Below, one piece after another: positions 11,882 through 23,880 of a DNA stretch of 64,000 nucleotides (position 1 is the stretch's first letter; each line of letters starts with the position of its first letter). The notes beneath the pieces were generated by a model. The model had not been told where the DNA came from. It did not search any database and worked only from the letters and a program-made list of their open reading frames with translations. Source of the stretch: an uncultured Acetobacteraceae bacterium (GTDB lineage Bacteria > Pseudomonadota > Alphaproteobacteria > Acetobacterales > Acetobacteraceae). The translations under genes were made by a program, and so were the position numbers. The stretch spans positions 8,022-72,021 of the forward strand of contig CAXTVX010000006.1 in assembly GCA_964247755.1 (NCBI GenBank), in the 5' to 3' direction.

Positions 11882-13102
11882 TCAGCCGGTGGCGGCTAAG
11901 CGGCCGGCCGCCGCGACGGTTCCGGCAGCGCCGGCCGGGTCGAGGACGGGCGCGGCGGAGGCAAGGGATAGGTCCGATGCGGCCGCAACCGGCAGCGCCG
12001 GCTCTGGTGCCGCTGGCTGCACCACCGCCGGCTTCGGCGCTCCGGCGTGCTCCGGTTTCGCACCGAGCTCGGCCACGCCGGCGCGTATTCGGTCGTTGAA
12101 GCGATGCGTCACCATATCCATGGCCACGTCGATCGCGTGGGCGAAGGCTTCCGCGTCGGCACCGCCATGCGACTTCACCACCACGCCGTTCAGACCGACC
12201 AGCACGGCCCCGTTGTAGCGCCGCGGGTCGAGCCACTCGCGCATCCGGTCCAGGCCGGGACGCGCCAGCACGTAGCCGAGGCGCGACATCATGCTGGCGT
12301 TGAACACCTGCTTCAGCAGGGTGCCGGCGAGCTTCAGGGCCCCTTCCCCGGTCTTCAGGGCAACGTTGCCAGTGAAGCCGTCCGTGACCACGACGTCGGT
12401 GGTGCCGGCGGTGATGTCATGCCCCTCGACGAAGCCGTGGAACTGGCCGCCGATCGGGCTCACGCGCAGCATCTCGGCCGCCTGGCGCAGCCGGTCGTCG
12501 CCCTTCATCTGCTCCGAGCCGACGTTCAGCAGACCGATGCTGGGTGACGGCAGGCCGAGCACGACGCGGGCGAAGGCCTCGCCCATCACCGCGAACTCGA
12601 CTAGGTTGCGGCTGTCGCAGGCCACGTTGGCGCCGAGGTCGAGCATCACCACGTCGCCGCGTGCCGACGGGCTGATTGCCGCCAAGGCCGGCCGGTCGAT
12701 CCCCGGCATGGTCTTGACCACGATCTTGGCCAGCGCCAGCAGCGCACCCGAATTGCCGGCCGACACCACGCCCTGCGCCTCGTGCCGCGCCACCGCGACC
12801 ATCGCCATGCGCATGGAAGAGTCGCGCAGCCGGAGCGCAGCAGTGCCCTTCATCTCGTTGGTGATGACGGTGGTCGTGTGCCGGACCGTGCAAATCGCCC
12901 GGGCCGCGGGGCAGCGGGCCAGCAAGGGCCCGAGCCGCGCCTCGTCGCCGATCAGCAGGAACCGGGCAGCCGGATGACGCTCGGCCGCCAGGGCCAGGCC
13001 ATCCACCACGATCTCCGGCGCGCCGTCTCCGCCCATGGCGTCGACGGCCAGGGAATAGGCGCCGGCATCCGCGGCCGTCGGCTCGTCCGGGACGACGCTC
13101 AT
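11882..13102 (-). CDS. plsX: Phosphate acyltransferase PlsX
   Basis: AVDAMGGD, VSAGNSGAL, LDLGAN, DGFTGNVALK, VVKSHG. Confidence 0.97.
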   Translation of the reverse strand: MSVVPDEPTAADAGAYSLAVDAMGGDGAPEIVVDGLALAAERHPAARFLLIGDEARLGPLLARCPAARAICTVRHTTTVITNEMKGTAALRLRDSSMRMAMVAVARHEAQGVVSAGNSGALLALAKIVVKTMPGIDRPALAAISPSARGDVVMLDLGANVACDSRNLVEFAVMGEAFARVVLGLPSPSIGLLNVGSEQMKGDDRLRQAAEMLRVSPIGGQFHGFVEGHDITAGTTDVVVTDGFTGNVALKTGEGALKLAGTLLKQVFNASMMSRLGYVLARPGLDRMREWLDPRRYNGAVLVGLNGVVVKSHGGADAEAFAHAIDVAMDMVTHRFNDRIRAGVAELGAKPEHAGAPKPAVVQPAAPEPALPVAAASDLSLASAAPVLDPAGAAGTVAAAGRLAATG

Positions 13103-13168
13103 CCTGCCCTGCCGGTCATCCGCCCAGCACGCCTGCCGAAGCAGCCGCGCATCGGGATCAGGTCCCGC

Positions 13169-13372
13169 TCAGATCCGTACGGCACCCTTCAGCGCCTTGC
13201 CGGCCTGCACGACCTCTCGGCCGTCGTAGTGGCCGCAATGGCCGCAGACATGATGCGGGCGCTTGAGCTCGCCGCAGTTCGAGCAGTCGTTGTGCGCCTC
13301 GCGCGGCAGCGCCTGATGGCTTCGGCGCATGCCGGCACGCGAGGGCGAGGTCTTTCTCTTGGGAACAGCCAT
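13169..13372 (-). CDS. rpmF: 50S ribosomal protein L32
   Basis: [31 protein letters not shown]; start at ATG 13372. Confidence 0.97.
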   Translation of the reverse strand: MAVPKRKTSPSRAGMRRSHQALPREAHNDCSNCGELKRPHHVCGHCGHYDGREVVQAGKALKGAVRI

Positions 13373-13554
13373 GGGCCTGAGCCCCTCCAGTTTCGTAACG
13401 ACAGGCCGTTGCGTGCCGCACAAGGGATCGCCCGGGAGGACGACGGCGTAGCCAACGCGCGTCAGATGAGCGGCGGCCTCTACCAGAGCTGTCCCGCCTC
13501 CGCAAGCGAGGCGGTCACCAGGAAGCTGCTGCCGCGTTGCCGGATCGTGGTCGG

Positions 13555-14139
13555 CTAGTTGTCGTTGCGCCGCCGCGCAGCCAATGCCGCGAACGGGTTG
13601 GGCCGGTCGGGCGTCGCCGCCTCGACCGCTTCCTCGCCAGGCAACGCAACGCTGCCGATCTCCGGCGGCAGGATTGCTCCCGGCTTGTGTGGATACGGAT
13701 CGAGCGCCAGGGCCAGCTGCTCGGCCGCCGCCTCGCCCAGGTCGATCGTCCCGTTGCCGTAGGGAAGGTCGTCGTCCTCGTCGGGGTCGAGCGACGCCTC
13801 CCCGCGCGTCGCGTCGTCCGGCATCTGCTCGTCCGGCACGAACCGCACCGTGAACTGTTCGGCCACGGTCGCGGTGAACTGGTCGAGCGTGGCGACACAG
13901 ATACGGTCCAGCGTGGCCTGCAACAGCCCGTCCGCGGTCACTCGGCCGGACGGGTCGGCGCCGGACAGGCGGAACCGGCACCGGACGGCCTGCACCGACG
14001 GCACGTCGAGGCGGCGCGCGAGGGCTGCGCACTCCGCAGGGCTCGCCTCCACGGTGGTGTCCAGGGCGATGGAGCCGGCCCGCATGGTGCCAAGCGTCCT
14101 GACCTGGATCCTGCGCGACAGCTCCGGCTGCTGGCTCAC
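13555..14139 (-). CDS. YceD/DUF177 family protein
   Basis: [32 protein letters not shown]; GTG start after GGAGGAG; upstream of rpmF. Confidence 0.9.
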   Translation of the reverse strand: MSQQPELSRRIQVRTLGTMRAGSIALDTTVEASPAECAALARRLDVPSVQAVRCRFRLSGADPSGRVTADGLLQATLDRICVATLDQFTATVAEQFTVRFVPDEQMPDDATRGEASLDPDEDDDLPYGNGTIDLGEAAAEQLALALDPYPHKPGAILPPEIGSVALPGEEAVEAATPDRPNPFAALAARRRNDN

Positions 14140-14328
14140 CTGGCATCTCCTCCCGCGGTCGGACCATACCGCCTGCGTCACCGTGATTGACACTGCCGGG
14201 CGGTTCGGGCACCCGACGGTGACGTCCCCGTCACCACCAACGCCCCGGTGCCGGTACCCCATCGACTAGGACATGTCGCGCCATCCGGGCAACCGGGCGT
14301 CGACCTCAGGTAAGGACCGTCGCCTGCC

Positions 14329-14898
14329 ATGCCGACCGTCACCCACTTCCTTGCCGCCCGCCGCCTCGGCCTGCTCCTTGGCACCGTCCTAGCTGCGTCG
14401 CCACTGCTGGCCGGCTGCGCCCTGTTCTCGCCGATCCCGACCGAGCGCGGACAGATGGTGGAGAAGGAGGACTACGACAAGCTGGTCCCGGGCACGACCA
14501 CGCGCGCCGACGTGACCACCCTGCTCGGCTCGCCGACCGCGCGCGCCACCTTCGACGACAACACCTGGTTCTACATCGGCGAGGTGACCGCGCCGGTGCC
14601 GCTGGCGCGCCCGAAGATCGATCACCAGCAGGTCCTGGTGCTGAACTTCGACGGCAACGGCACCCTGCGCAGCCTGCGCCGCCTCGACCAGTCCAACGCC
14701 CATGACGTCGCCATGGTCAGCCGGGTCACCCCGTCACCAGGCAGCGAGGCGTCGTTCATGCAGCAGCTGATCGGCAATGTCGGGCGCTACAACCCGCTCG
14801 GCGCGGTAGGCGGCGACACCCTCGGCGGCAACAGCCTGGGCGGCCTCGGCAGCAACAACGGCGCCGGCCACGGCGGCGCCGGCAACACCCTGCCCTAG
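14329..14898 (+). CDS. bamE: Outer membrane protein assembly factor BamE (lipoprotein)
   Basis: LAGC lipobox, TRADVTTLLGSPT, WFYI, divergent from yceD. Confidence 0.88.
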   Translation: MPTVTHFLAARRLGLLLGTVLAASPLLAGCALFSPIPTERGQMVEKEDYDKLVPGTTTRADVTTLLGSPTARATFDDNTWFYIGEVTAPVPLARPKIDHQQVLVLNFDGNGTLRSLRRLDQSNAHDVAMVSRVTPSPGSEASFMQQLIGNVGRYNPLGAVGGDTLGGNSLGGLGSNNGAGHGGAGNTLP

Positions 14899-14929
14899 CC
14901 GGTCCCGATGCCGGACTGGCGGCTGGCGC

Positions 14930-16342
14930 TCAGAACGGCAGCCTGATCCGCGCGCGCAGGCCACCCAGCGGGCTGCGCTCCAGCCAGATGTCGCCGCCAT
15001 GCGCGTGGATGATGTCCCGGGCGATGGTCAGGCCGAGCCCGGTGCCACCGCCCGAGCCGCTCTCGAAGGCGCGGAACATCTGCTCGCGCCGGTGGTCGGG
15101 GATGCCCGGTCCGTCATCGTCCACCACCACCACCACTGCGCGCGCCTCCGCCACGGCGGCGAGCGCGATCCGGCCGCCATGCCGGCGCGCGTTCTCCAGC
15201 AGGTTGGTCAGCACCCGCCGGATCGCCCCCTGGCGCAGCACGATGTCGGGCATCGGCGTCGCGGAAACGGACAGCACCACGGCACCGGCGCGCGCCGCAG
15301 CGGCCGCCACTTCCTCCAGCAGGGCCGGCAGGCATACCGGCTCGGCCTGCTCGGCGCCCTCGCCGCGGGCGAAGGACAGGTAGCCTTCGATCATGCGGTC
15401 CATCTCGGCGACGTCGGACACCATGCCGCCGATGTCGGGAACCAGCGACGCGGCGTCCACCCGGCCGTTCTGCGGCAGCATCGCCAGCGTCAGGCGCAGC
15501 CGGGTCAGGGGCGTACGCAGGTCGTGCGACACGCCGGCCAGCATCGCCGTGCGCTGCGCCACGAAGCGCAGGATCCGCTCCTGCATCCGGTTGAAGGCGC
15601 CCGCCGCCTTGCGCACCTCCTGCGCGCCTTCCGGCCGGATCGGCCCGGGATCGCGCCCCATGCCGAACGCTTCCGCCGCCCGCGCCAGCCGGCGAATCGC
15701 CCGCACCTGGTTGCGCATGAACAGGGCCGCGATGCCGAACAACAGCAGCGCGCTGCCCGCCACCCAGGTCACGAAGATCCAGATCGGGCCGACGTCCAGC
15801 CGCTTGCGCGGTGCCGCCACGTCCAGCACCCCGTCCGGAAGCTGGATGTGGATCGAGACGGTGTGCGGATCCGAGATCCAGTCGACGCTGAACGGCAGGC
15901 CGACCTGCTGCAGCGCCGCTGCCAGGTCCTCGTCCATCGGACCGAGCACGTTGGTCGAGCCGCGGGTCAGCAGGTGCGCATGCGGGCGCATGGTCATGCC
16001 GAGCTGGAACTGGGTGGCAGCACTCTGCAGCAGCCAGTCGCGATCCGCCTTGCGGCGGGTGCGCTCCAGCAGCAGCACCGTTTCCGTGACTTCCCCGCTG
16101 ACCGCGGCCGACAGCCTGCGCGACACCACGTCGAGGTGGCTGCCGTAGAACAGTTCCAGCGAGATGCTCTGGGTCACCAGCAGCGGGATCAGCAGGATCA
16201 GCAGGGAGCGGCCGAGCAGCGAGCGTGGCAGCATGCGGCGCACCGGCCGGTCGAGGCGCAGGCGCCAGGGGATCCGGAACCTCCGGCGCGAGCCGGCCGG
16301 CACCGGTTCCGGCGGCAGCAGGGGCTGCCCGGCGCGGATCAC
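14930..16342 (-). CDS. Sensor histidine kinase, EnvZ-like
   Basis: Two TM, HAMP, SHDLRTPLTRL H-box, NLLENA, DDGPGI, GTGLGL; start uncertain. Confidence 0.92.
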   Translation of the reverse strand: MIRAGQPLLPPEPVPAGSRRRFRIPWRLRLDRPVRRMLPRSLLGRSLLILLIPLLVTQSISLELFYGSHLDVVSRRLSAAVSGEVTETVLLLERTRRKADRDWLLQSAATQFQLGMTMRPHAHLLTRGSTNVLGPMDEDLAAALQQVGLPFSVDWISDPHTVSIHIQLPDGVLDVAAPRKRLDVGPIWIFVTWVAGSALLLFGIAALFMRNQVRAIRRLARAAEAFGMGRDPGPIRPEGAQEVRKAAGAFNRMQERILRFVAQRTAMLAGVSHDLRTPLTRLRLTLAMLPQNGRVDAASLVPDIGGMVSDVAEMDRMIEGYLSFARGEGAEQAEPVCLPALLEEVAAAAARAGAVVLSVSATPMPDIVLRQGAIRRVLTNLLENARRHGGRIALAAVAEARAVVVVVDDDGPGIPDHRREQMFRAFESGSGGGTGLGLTIARDIIHAHGGDIWLERSPLGGLRARIRLPF

Positions 16343-16357
16343 GGCGGCGGCCGCCGG

Positions 16358-17065
16358 TCAGGTCCCGGGCCGCAGGACGTAGCCGCGGCCGCGCACCGTG
16401 TGCAGGAACCGCGGCTCGCGCGGGTCGGCCTCGATGCGCCGGCGCAGCCGCGTCACCTGCACGTCGATCGCCCGCTCGCCGGCCTCGTCCATCTCCAGCG
16501 TGCGTGCGATCGCCTCGCGCGACAGCACCTCGCCCGGATGGCGCGCCAGCACCGTGAGCAGCGCCGACTCGCCGCCGGTCAGGTGCACCGTTCCGTCCGC
16601 GCCCTCCAGCAGCCCGCGCACCGGGTCGAACTCCATCGCACCCAGGCGCACCGGCCGGGCGTTCTCGGTCGGCGCCGGCGGCCCGATCCGGCGCAGCAGC
16701 GCGCGCAGCCGGAGCAGCAGCTCGCGCGGCTCGAACGGCTTGCCGAGATAGTCGTCCGACCCCGCTTCCAGCCCGGCGATCCGGTCCTGCGGCTCGCCGC
16801 GCGCGGTCAGCAGCAGGATCGGCATGTCGTGGCCGTCCTCGCGCAGCGCGCGCGTCAGTTGCAGGCCGGTTTCACCCGGCATGGTCACGTCGAGCACCAT
16901 CAGGTCCGGCTGCATCGAACCCAGCAGCCGCCGGGCGTCGCCGGCGCTGCCGGCGGTCGAGACCCGGAACCCCTGGCCGAGGAGGTAGCGCTGCAGCAGG
17001 CTGCGCAGCGGCGCGTCGTCGTCAACCACCAGGACATGGGCCGCCTCCGCGTCGGTCCCGCCCAT
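16358..17065 (-). CDS. OmpR-family response regulator (PetR-like)
   Basis: VLVVDDD, LDVTMPG, DDYLGKPF, winged helix IDVQVTRLRRRIE. Confidence 0.93.
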   Translation of the reverse strand: MGGTDAEAAHVLVVDDDAPLRSLLQRYLLGQGFRVSTAGSAGDARRLLGSMQPDLMVLDVTMPGETGLQLTRALREDGHDMPILLLTARGEPQDRIAGLEAGSDDYLGKPFEPRELLLRLRALLRRIGPPAPTENARPVRLGAMEFDPVRGLLEGADGTVHLTGGESALLTVLARHPGEVLSREAIARTLEMDEAGERAIDVQVTRLRRRIEADPREPRFLHTVRGRGYVLRPGT

Positions 17066-17640
17066 CAGCCAGCACTCCGGCGCAGCACCGGCGGTGGCGT
17101 CTCCTGCGGCTCCAGCAGGCGTCGCGTGTCCTCGTCCATCACCCCGCGCATGACGCGCCGGAACCCGTCCACCGCGGTGCCGCCCGCGTCGCGATAGGCC
17201 GACACCATGCGCTCGCGCTGCCGCTCGAACAGGCGGCGCTCCAGCGCCCGGCCGGCTTCGGTCAGGCTCAGCAGCCGCTGCCTCCGGTCGCGTGGTCCGG
17301 GAACCTGCAGCACGTAGCCGCGCGCGAGCAGCTCGCCCAGCACACGCGCCAGGCTCTGCTTGGTGATCCGCAGCAGCGCCAGCAGCTCGCTCACCGCGAT
17401 CCCGGGCCTTCGCCCGACGAAGTGCAGCGCGCGGTGATGCGCCCGGCCCAGCCCAAGCTCGGCCAGGATCGCGTCCGCCGATGCGGTCAGGTCGCGATAG
17501 GCGAAGAAGAACAGGTCCTGCGCTAGGCGCATCTGCTCCTCGCGCAGGAACAGCAGCCCGGTGCCGGCGCCGTTCTCGCCCTGTCCGCCCGGACGGGGGG
17601 CTCCCAACCCGTGCGGACCCGTCTTCTGCTCCATTCCCAT
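17065..17640 (-). CDS. MarR family regulator (PetP-like)
   Basis: LFFFAYRD...GLGRAHHRALHF...ITKQSLARVL...DRRQRLLSLT; TGATG overlap with the response regulator. Confidence 0.9.
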   Translation of the reverse strand: MGMEQKTGPHGLGAPRPGGQGENGAGTGLLFLREEQMRLAQDLFFFAYRDLTASADAILAELGLGRAHHRALHFVGRRPGIAVSELLALLRITKQSLARVLGELLARGYVLQVPGPRDRRQRLLSLTEAGRALERRLFERQRERMVSAYRDAGGTAVDGFRRVMRGVMDEDTRRLLEPQETPPPVLRRSAG

Positions 17641-17668
17641 CCGCCCGTGCAGCCCTGCGCGGCCGCAG

Positions 17669-17691
17669 TTAAGACAGCTTCATTGACTTAA
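17669..17691. promoter_or_regulatory. Imperfect palindrome, candidate MarR operator
   Basis: TTAAGACAG-CTTCA-TTGACTTAA (7/9 symmetric) between divergent marR and ilvE. Confidence 0.5.
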
Positions 17692-17711
17692 TGGAAGCGG
17701 CCTTTTAGGCA
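17683..17711 (+). promoter_or_regulatory. Probable sigma70 promoter of ilvE
   Basis: TTGACT-N17-TAGGCA. Confidence 0.6.
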
Positions 17712-17741
17712 TCCGGGAGCGCTGGCAGAAGGACACCGTGC

Positions 17742-18644
17742 ATGACCCTGGTTCCGTTCGACGACCGCGACGGCTCGATCTGGTGGGACGGAAAGCTGAT
17801 CCCCTGGCGCGATGCGAAGCTGCACGTGCTGTCGCATGGGCTGCACTATGCCAGCGCGGTGTTCGAGGGCGAGCGGGCCTATTCGGGTCACATCTTCAAG
17901 CTGCGCGAGCACACCGACCGGCTGATCGAGAGCGGCCGCATCCTCGGCTTCGAGATCCCCTACTCCGCCGACCAGATCGACGACGCCTGCCGGCTGGTGC
18001 TGGCCGAAAGCGGGCTGACCGACGCCTACATCCGGCCGCTCGCCTGGCGCGGCGCGGAGCAGCTTTCGGTGTCGGCGCAGCAGACCAGCATCCACCTGAT
18101 GGTGGCGGTGTGGGCCTGGCCGAACCTGTTCGGCGCCGACCGGATGAAGGGGGTGCGGCTCGGCATGGGCGCGTGGAAGCGGCCACATCCCGAGACGGCG
18201 CCGATCCGCTCCAAGGCGGCCGGGCTGTACATGATCGGCACCATGTCCAAGCACGCGGCCGAGGCGGAAGGGTTCAACGACGCCCTGATGCTGGACTGGC
18301 GCGGCCAGGTGTCGGAGGCCACGGGGGCCAACATCTTCTTCGTCATCGACGGTGCGCTGCACACTCCGATCCCCGATTGCTTCCTCGACGGCATCACCCG
18401 TCGCACGGTGATCGCGCTGGCGCACAAGCGACAGATCCCGGTGGTCGAGCGGGTGATCATGCCCGACGAGATGGCGGGAGCGACGGAGGTGTTCCTGGCC
18501 GGCAGCGCCGCCGAGGTGACGCCGGTGCGGCAGATCGGCACACTCGAGTTCGCCCCCGGCCCGGTCACCGAGACGCTGCTGCGCGACTACGAGGCGCTGG
18601 TGCGCATGTCGCCGGACGAGGTGCGGACCCGGCTCGCCGCCTGA
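17742..18644 (+). CDS. ilvE: Branched-chain amino acid aminotransferase
   Basis: HGLHYASAVFEG, SKAAGLY (PLP Lys), EATGANIF, LDGITRRTV. Confidence 0.95.
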   Translation: MTLVPFDDRDGSIWWDGKLIPWRDAKLHVLSHGLHYASAVFEGERAYSGHIFKLREHTDRLIESGRILGFEIPYSADQIDDACRLVLAESGLTDAYIRPLAWRGAEQLSVSAQQTSIHLMVAVWAWPNLFGADRMKGVRLGMGAWKRPHPETAPIRSKAAGLYMIGTMSKHAAEAEGFNDALMLDWRGQVSEATGANIFFVIDGALHTPIPDCFLDGITRRTVIALAHKRQIPVVERVIMPDEMAGATEVFLAGSAAEVTPVRQIGTLEFAPGPVTETLLRDYEALVRMSPDEVRTRLAA

Positions 18645-18654
18645 TCCGCCCGCA

Positions 18655-19302
18655 TCAGCCGGCGGGCGACAGGCGCCGGCCGAGGCTGCCGATGCGGGCC
18701 ACGTCCGCCAGCCGGCGGTCCAGGAACGCCTCGGTGTCCGGACCGCCGCCGCGACGCAGCCAGTAGAGCAGCGTCGCGGAGTACACCCCTGCCAGCAGCG
18801 CGCGCTTGCTGTACCAGCTGAAGCCGGTGGCAGTGTCGCCGGCCGCCAGCCAGAGCGTGTCCACGGTGCGCAGCAGGCTGCGGGCGGCGGCGGGCCGGTT
18901 GCCCGGGAGCGACAACAGCGACAGGCCGCGGCGGATCGCCTCGCGGTCCGGCTCCGCCTGGTCCAGGCGCGCCAGCAGCAGCGCCCGCACCCGCCGGCTC
19001 AACCTGGTCTCCGCGGTCGGCGTCGCGGCCATGGTGGCGTCGGCGAGTGCGCTGTGCGTTTCCACCATCTCCACCGGGCCGCCGGGGAACAGCAGGTCGG
19101 CATCCGGTCCGGCGGCCTGGCGGAGTGCGCGCACGGTCCAGCCGAGTTCCGGCACCAGCGGCAGCATCGCCCGGATCGCCCCGTCGCGCGCCGGGTCCGG
19201 TTCCAGCGGCGGCGCGAGCCCGCTGTTCGCCAGGTCGACCAGCGCGGACACGCCGGCGGCCAGCGGAACCGCCGACCTCAGCGCCGTGGCCAGCCGGGTC
19301 AC
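18655..19302 (-). CDS. COQ9 family protein (rpsU-divergent type)
   Basis: VPELGWT, TVDTLWLAAGDTATGFSWYSKRALLAGVY, FLDRRL; GTG start. Confidence 0.88.
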   Translation of the reverse strand: MTRLATALRSAVPLAAGVSALVDLANSGLAPPLEPDPARDGAIRAMLPLVPELGWTVRALRQAAGPDADLLFPGGPVEMVETHSALADATMAATPTAETRLSRRVRALLLARLDQAEPDREAIRRGLSLLSLPGNRPAAARSLLRTVDTLWLAAGDTATGFSWYSKRALLAGVYSATLLYWLRRGGGPDTEAFLDRRLADVARIGSLGRRLSPAG

Positions 19303-19835
19303 GCGACGACGCCCATGCCGAAGCGGGCGTATTCAGTCTCGAACCCGAGCCGGGTCAGGTCGGTCATGCGCATCGGGTACAGGATCCCGTCCAGGTGGTC
19401 CTGCTCGTGCTGCAGCACCACCGCCAGGAAGCCGGACGCCTCGCCGGACACAGGCCGGCCGTGCCGGTCCAGCCCGTCGTAGCGGATGCGCGCCGGCCGC
19501 GGCACTGCGCCGCGCAGGCCGGGGATCGACAGGCAGCCTTCGGTCTGCGTCGCCATCTCGTCGCCAATCGGGGTCAGCACCGGGTTGATCAGCGCGTCCA
19601 CCTCGCGCGGCGGGTCATCGGGACCTGCGCTGCGCTGTGCCGGCACGTGGTAGACGAACAGCCGCAACGGCACGTGCACCTGGGGGGCGGCGAGCCCGGC
19701 GCCGGCCGCGTCGTGCATGGTCTCGATCATGTCCTCGATCAGCTGCCTGATCGCAGGCCCTGTCGGGTCCTGCACCGGCTCCGCCTGTCCCAGCAGCACC
19801 GGATGACCCATGCGCGCGATCTTCAACAAGGCCAT
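19299..19835 (-). CDS. def: Peptide deformylase
   Basis: GAGLAAPQ, EGCLS, QHEQDHLDG; start at ATG 19835. Confidence 0.96.
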   Translation of the reverse strand: MALLKIARMGHPVLLGQAEPVQDPTGPAIRQLIEDMIETMHDAAGAGLAAPQVHVPLRLFVYHVPAQRSAGPDDPPREVDALINPVLTPIGDEMATQTEGCLSIPGLRGAVPRPARIRYDGLDRHGRPVSGEASGFLAVVLQHEQDHLDGILYPMRMTDLTRLGFETEYARFGMGVVA

Positions 19836-20023
19836 GACGATCATCCTCGGTGGGAAATGGGCAACCCGACACGACGCCGCTTCCGTCCCGCGGCGATTGT
19901 GCACCGGGACGGCGTTGTGCTATAGCCCCCGCCTCTTCGGATCCCGCGTCGGCGGTGCCCGGACCAGACACGTCGGCGCCCCCCAACGCGGCGTTGGACA
20001 CCCGATCAGGAGTTCATGGCACA

Positions 20024-20227
20024 GTGCAGGTTCTCGTCCGCGACAACAACGTCGACCAGGCGCTCAAGGCGCTCAAGAAGAAGATGCAGCGTGAGGGCAT
20101 CTTCCGCGAGATGAAGCTGCGCCGGCACTACGAGAAGCCGTCCGAGCGACGCGCCCGCGAGGCGGCCGAGGCTGTGCGCCGCGCCCGCAAGATGGAGCGC
20201 AAGCGCCTGGAGCGTGAGGGCTTCTGA
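20024..20227 (+). CDS. rpsU: 30S ribosomal protein S21
   Basis: [25 protein letters not shown]...YEKPS; GTG start after AGGAG. Confidence 0.97.
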   Translation: MQVLVRDNNVDQALKALKKKMQREGIFREMKLRRHYEKPSERRAREAAEAVRRARKMERKRLEREGF

Positions 20228-20253
20228 CAGCCGGACGCATAGGACGCCTATCG

Positions 20254-20290
20254 GGCCGCAACCGGATCATCCCGGCTGCGGCCTTTTTCT
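20254..20290 (+). terminator. Rho-independent terminator after rpsU
   Basis: GGCCGCAACCGG-atcatc-CCGGCTGCGGCC stem followed by TTTTTCT. Confidence 0.8.
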
Positions 20291-20306
20291 TCTCGCGGCC
20301 CGTGCG

Positions 20307-21419
20307 TCAGGCGACGAGCTTGTCCAACTCGCGCAACACTGCCTCGCCCATCACCACGGTGCCGACGCGGGCCTTGCCAGGGCTCATGATGTCGGCGGTG
20401 CGCAGGCCGGTGCCGAGCACGTTGACGCAGGCCTGCTCCACCAGACGGGCCTCGTCGTCGAGCCCGAAGGAATAGCGCAGCAGCATCGCCAGGCTGAGGA
20501 TCTGCGCGAGCGGATTGGCCTGGCCGGTTCCGGCGATGTCGGGCGCGCTGCCATGGATCGGCTCGTACAGCGCCGGCCGCCGCCCGTCCGCGTTGAGCGT
20601 GCCCAGGGTGGCCGAGGGCAGCATGCCGAGACTGCCGGTCAGCATGGAGGCGAGGTCCGACAGCAGGTCGCCGAACAGGTTGCCGGTGACGATCACGTCG
20701 AACTGGCGCGGGTTGCGCACCAGCTGCATGGCGCAGTTGTCGGCGAGCATGTGGGTCAGCGCCACGTCGGGGTAGTCTCGCGCGCGCAGCGCAGTGACCA
20801 CCTGCCGCCACAGCAGGCCGCTCTCCATCACGTTGCTCTTCTCCACCGAGCACACGGCGTTGCCGCGCTGGCGCGCCAGTTCGAACGCGACGCGGGCCAC
20901 GCGCTCGATCTCGCCGGTGTCGTAGACCTCGGTGTTCACGCCGCGGCGCGAGCCGTCCGGCAGCGTCTCGATGCCGCGAGGGGTGCCGAAATAGATGCCG
21001 CCGACGGTCTCGCGCACGATCATGAGGTCGAGGCCGCGTATCACCTCGGGCTTCAGCGTGCTGGCCTCGACCAGGGGGTCGAGCACGGTGGCCGGGCGAA
21101 GGTTGGCGAACAGGCCGAGCTCCTGGCGCAGGCGCAGGATCGCCACCTCCGGACGGTTCTCGAAGGCGACCTTATCCCAGCCGGGACCGCCCACCGCGCC
21201 GAACAGCACCGCGTCGGCGGCACGCGCTGCCTCGATCACCGAGTCGCGGATCGGCACGCCGTAGGCGTCAATCGAGGCGCCGCCGACCAAATCCTCGCTG
21301 ATGTCGAAGCTGATGCCGCGGCGACGGCCGAGCCAGCCGACCACCCGCCCCGCCTCGCGCATCACCTCCGGCCCAATCCCATCGCCGGGAAGCACCAGCA
21401 GCTTCTTGTTCAGCACCAT
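20307..21419 (-). CDS. leuB: 3-isopropylmalate dehydrogenase
   Basis: [39 protein letters not shown]. Confidence 0.97.
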   Translation of the reverse strand: MVLNKKLLVLPGDGIGPEVMREAGRVVGWLGRRRGISFDISEDLVGGASIDAYGVPIRDSVIEAARAADAVLFGAVGGPGWDKVAFENRPEVAILRLRQELGLFANLRPATVLDPLVEASTLKPEVIRGLDLMIVRETVGGIYFGTPRGIETLPDGSRRGVNTEVYDTGEIERVARVAFELARQRGNAVCSVEKSNVMESGLLWRQVVTALRARDYPDVALTHMLADNCAMQLVRNPRQFDVIVTGNLFGDLLSDLASMLTGSLGMLPSATLGTLNADGRRPALYEPIHGSAPDIAGTGQANPLAQILSLAMLLRYSFGLDDEARLVEQACVNVLGTGLRTADIMSPGKARVGTVVMGEAVLRELDKLVA

Positions 21420-21450
21420 GCGCGGTGTATGTCCTGCGGGAGAAAAGGCG

Positions 21451-22073
21451 TCAGGTGACAGGGATGCCGTGCATCCAGGGCCTGGACTGCACGCGGTCCT
21501 GCTCGAAGCGGTCGATCGCCTCCTCGTGCTGGAGGGTCTGGCCGATGTCGTCCAGGCCCTCCAGCAGCAGGTGCCGGCGCAGCGGATCGACGGCGAACGG
21601 CACCTCCTGCCCGTCCGGGCGCACCACCACCTCCCGCTGGAGGTCGACGGTCAGCCGGCTGTTGGCGCCGCCGGCCGCGTCCTGCATCAGCAGGTCGCAC
21701 ACCTCGCGCGGCAGCCGGATCGGCAGGATGCCGTTCTTGAAGCAGTTGTTGTGGAAGATGTCTGCGAAAGAGGGCGCGATCACGCAGCGTATGCCGAAAT
21801 CCAGCAATGCCCAGGGCGCGTGCTCCCGGGACGAGCCGCAGCCGAAGTTCTCGTAGGTGACCAGGATCTGCGCCGCCCTGTACGGCTCGCGGTTCAGCAC
21901 GAAATCGGGCTTCTCCGACCCGTCGGCGTTGTAGCGCATGGCGTCGAACGCGTTCCGCCCCAGGCCGGTGCGCCCGATCGTCTTGAGGAACCGGGAGGGG
22001 ATGATCTTGTCGGTGTCGACGTTGGCTTGCGGCAGCGGCGCAGCGACAGCGGTGAGGACGGTGAACGGCTCCA

Positions 22074-22074
<1 letters not shown>
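21451..22074 (-). CDS. leuD: 3-isopropylmalate dehydratase small subunit
   Basis: [24 protein letters not shown]; start at ATG 22074. Confidence 0.97.
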
Positions 22075-23471
<1,397 letters not shown>

Positions 23472-23493
23472 GACGATCCTTTCCTTCGGGAAC

Positions 23494-23880
23494 CTACTCG
23501 GCGGCGGCGGGCGGCGCGAGCTCGCGCGCCTTTTCGGCGATGCGGGCCGACTTGCCGCGGCGGCCGCGCAGGTAATACAGCTTCGCGCGGCGCACGTCGC
23601 CACGTCGGACCACGAAGATCTCCGCGATGGTCGGCGCGTAGAGCGGGAACACGCGCTCGACGCCCTCGCCGTAGGAGATCTTGCGCACGGTGAAGTTGCT
23701 GCCGAGACCCTTGTTGGAGCGGGCGATCACCACCCCCTCGTAGGCCTGCACGCGGGTGCGCTCGCCCTCCACCACCTTTACCGACACGCGCACGGTGTCT
23801 CCCGGTGCGAAACGTGGCACGGCGCGGGCCTCGGTGAGGCGGGCGATCTGCTCGGCCTCGTACTGCTGGATGACGTTCAT
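23494..23880 (-). CDS. rplS: 50S ribosomal protein L19
   Basis: [41 protein letters not shown]. Confidence 0.97.
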   Translation of the reverse strand: MNVIQQYEAEQIARLTEARAVPRFAPGDTVRVSVKVVEGERTRVQAYEGVVIARSNKGLGSNFTVRKISYGEGVERVFPLYAPTIAEIFVVRRGDVRRAKLYYLRGRRGKSARIAEKARELAPPAAAE

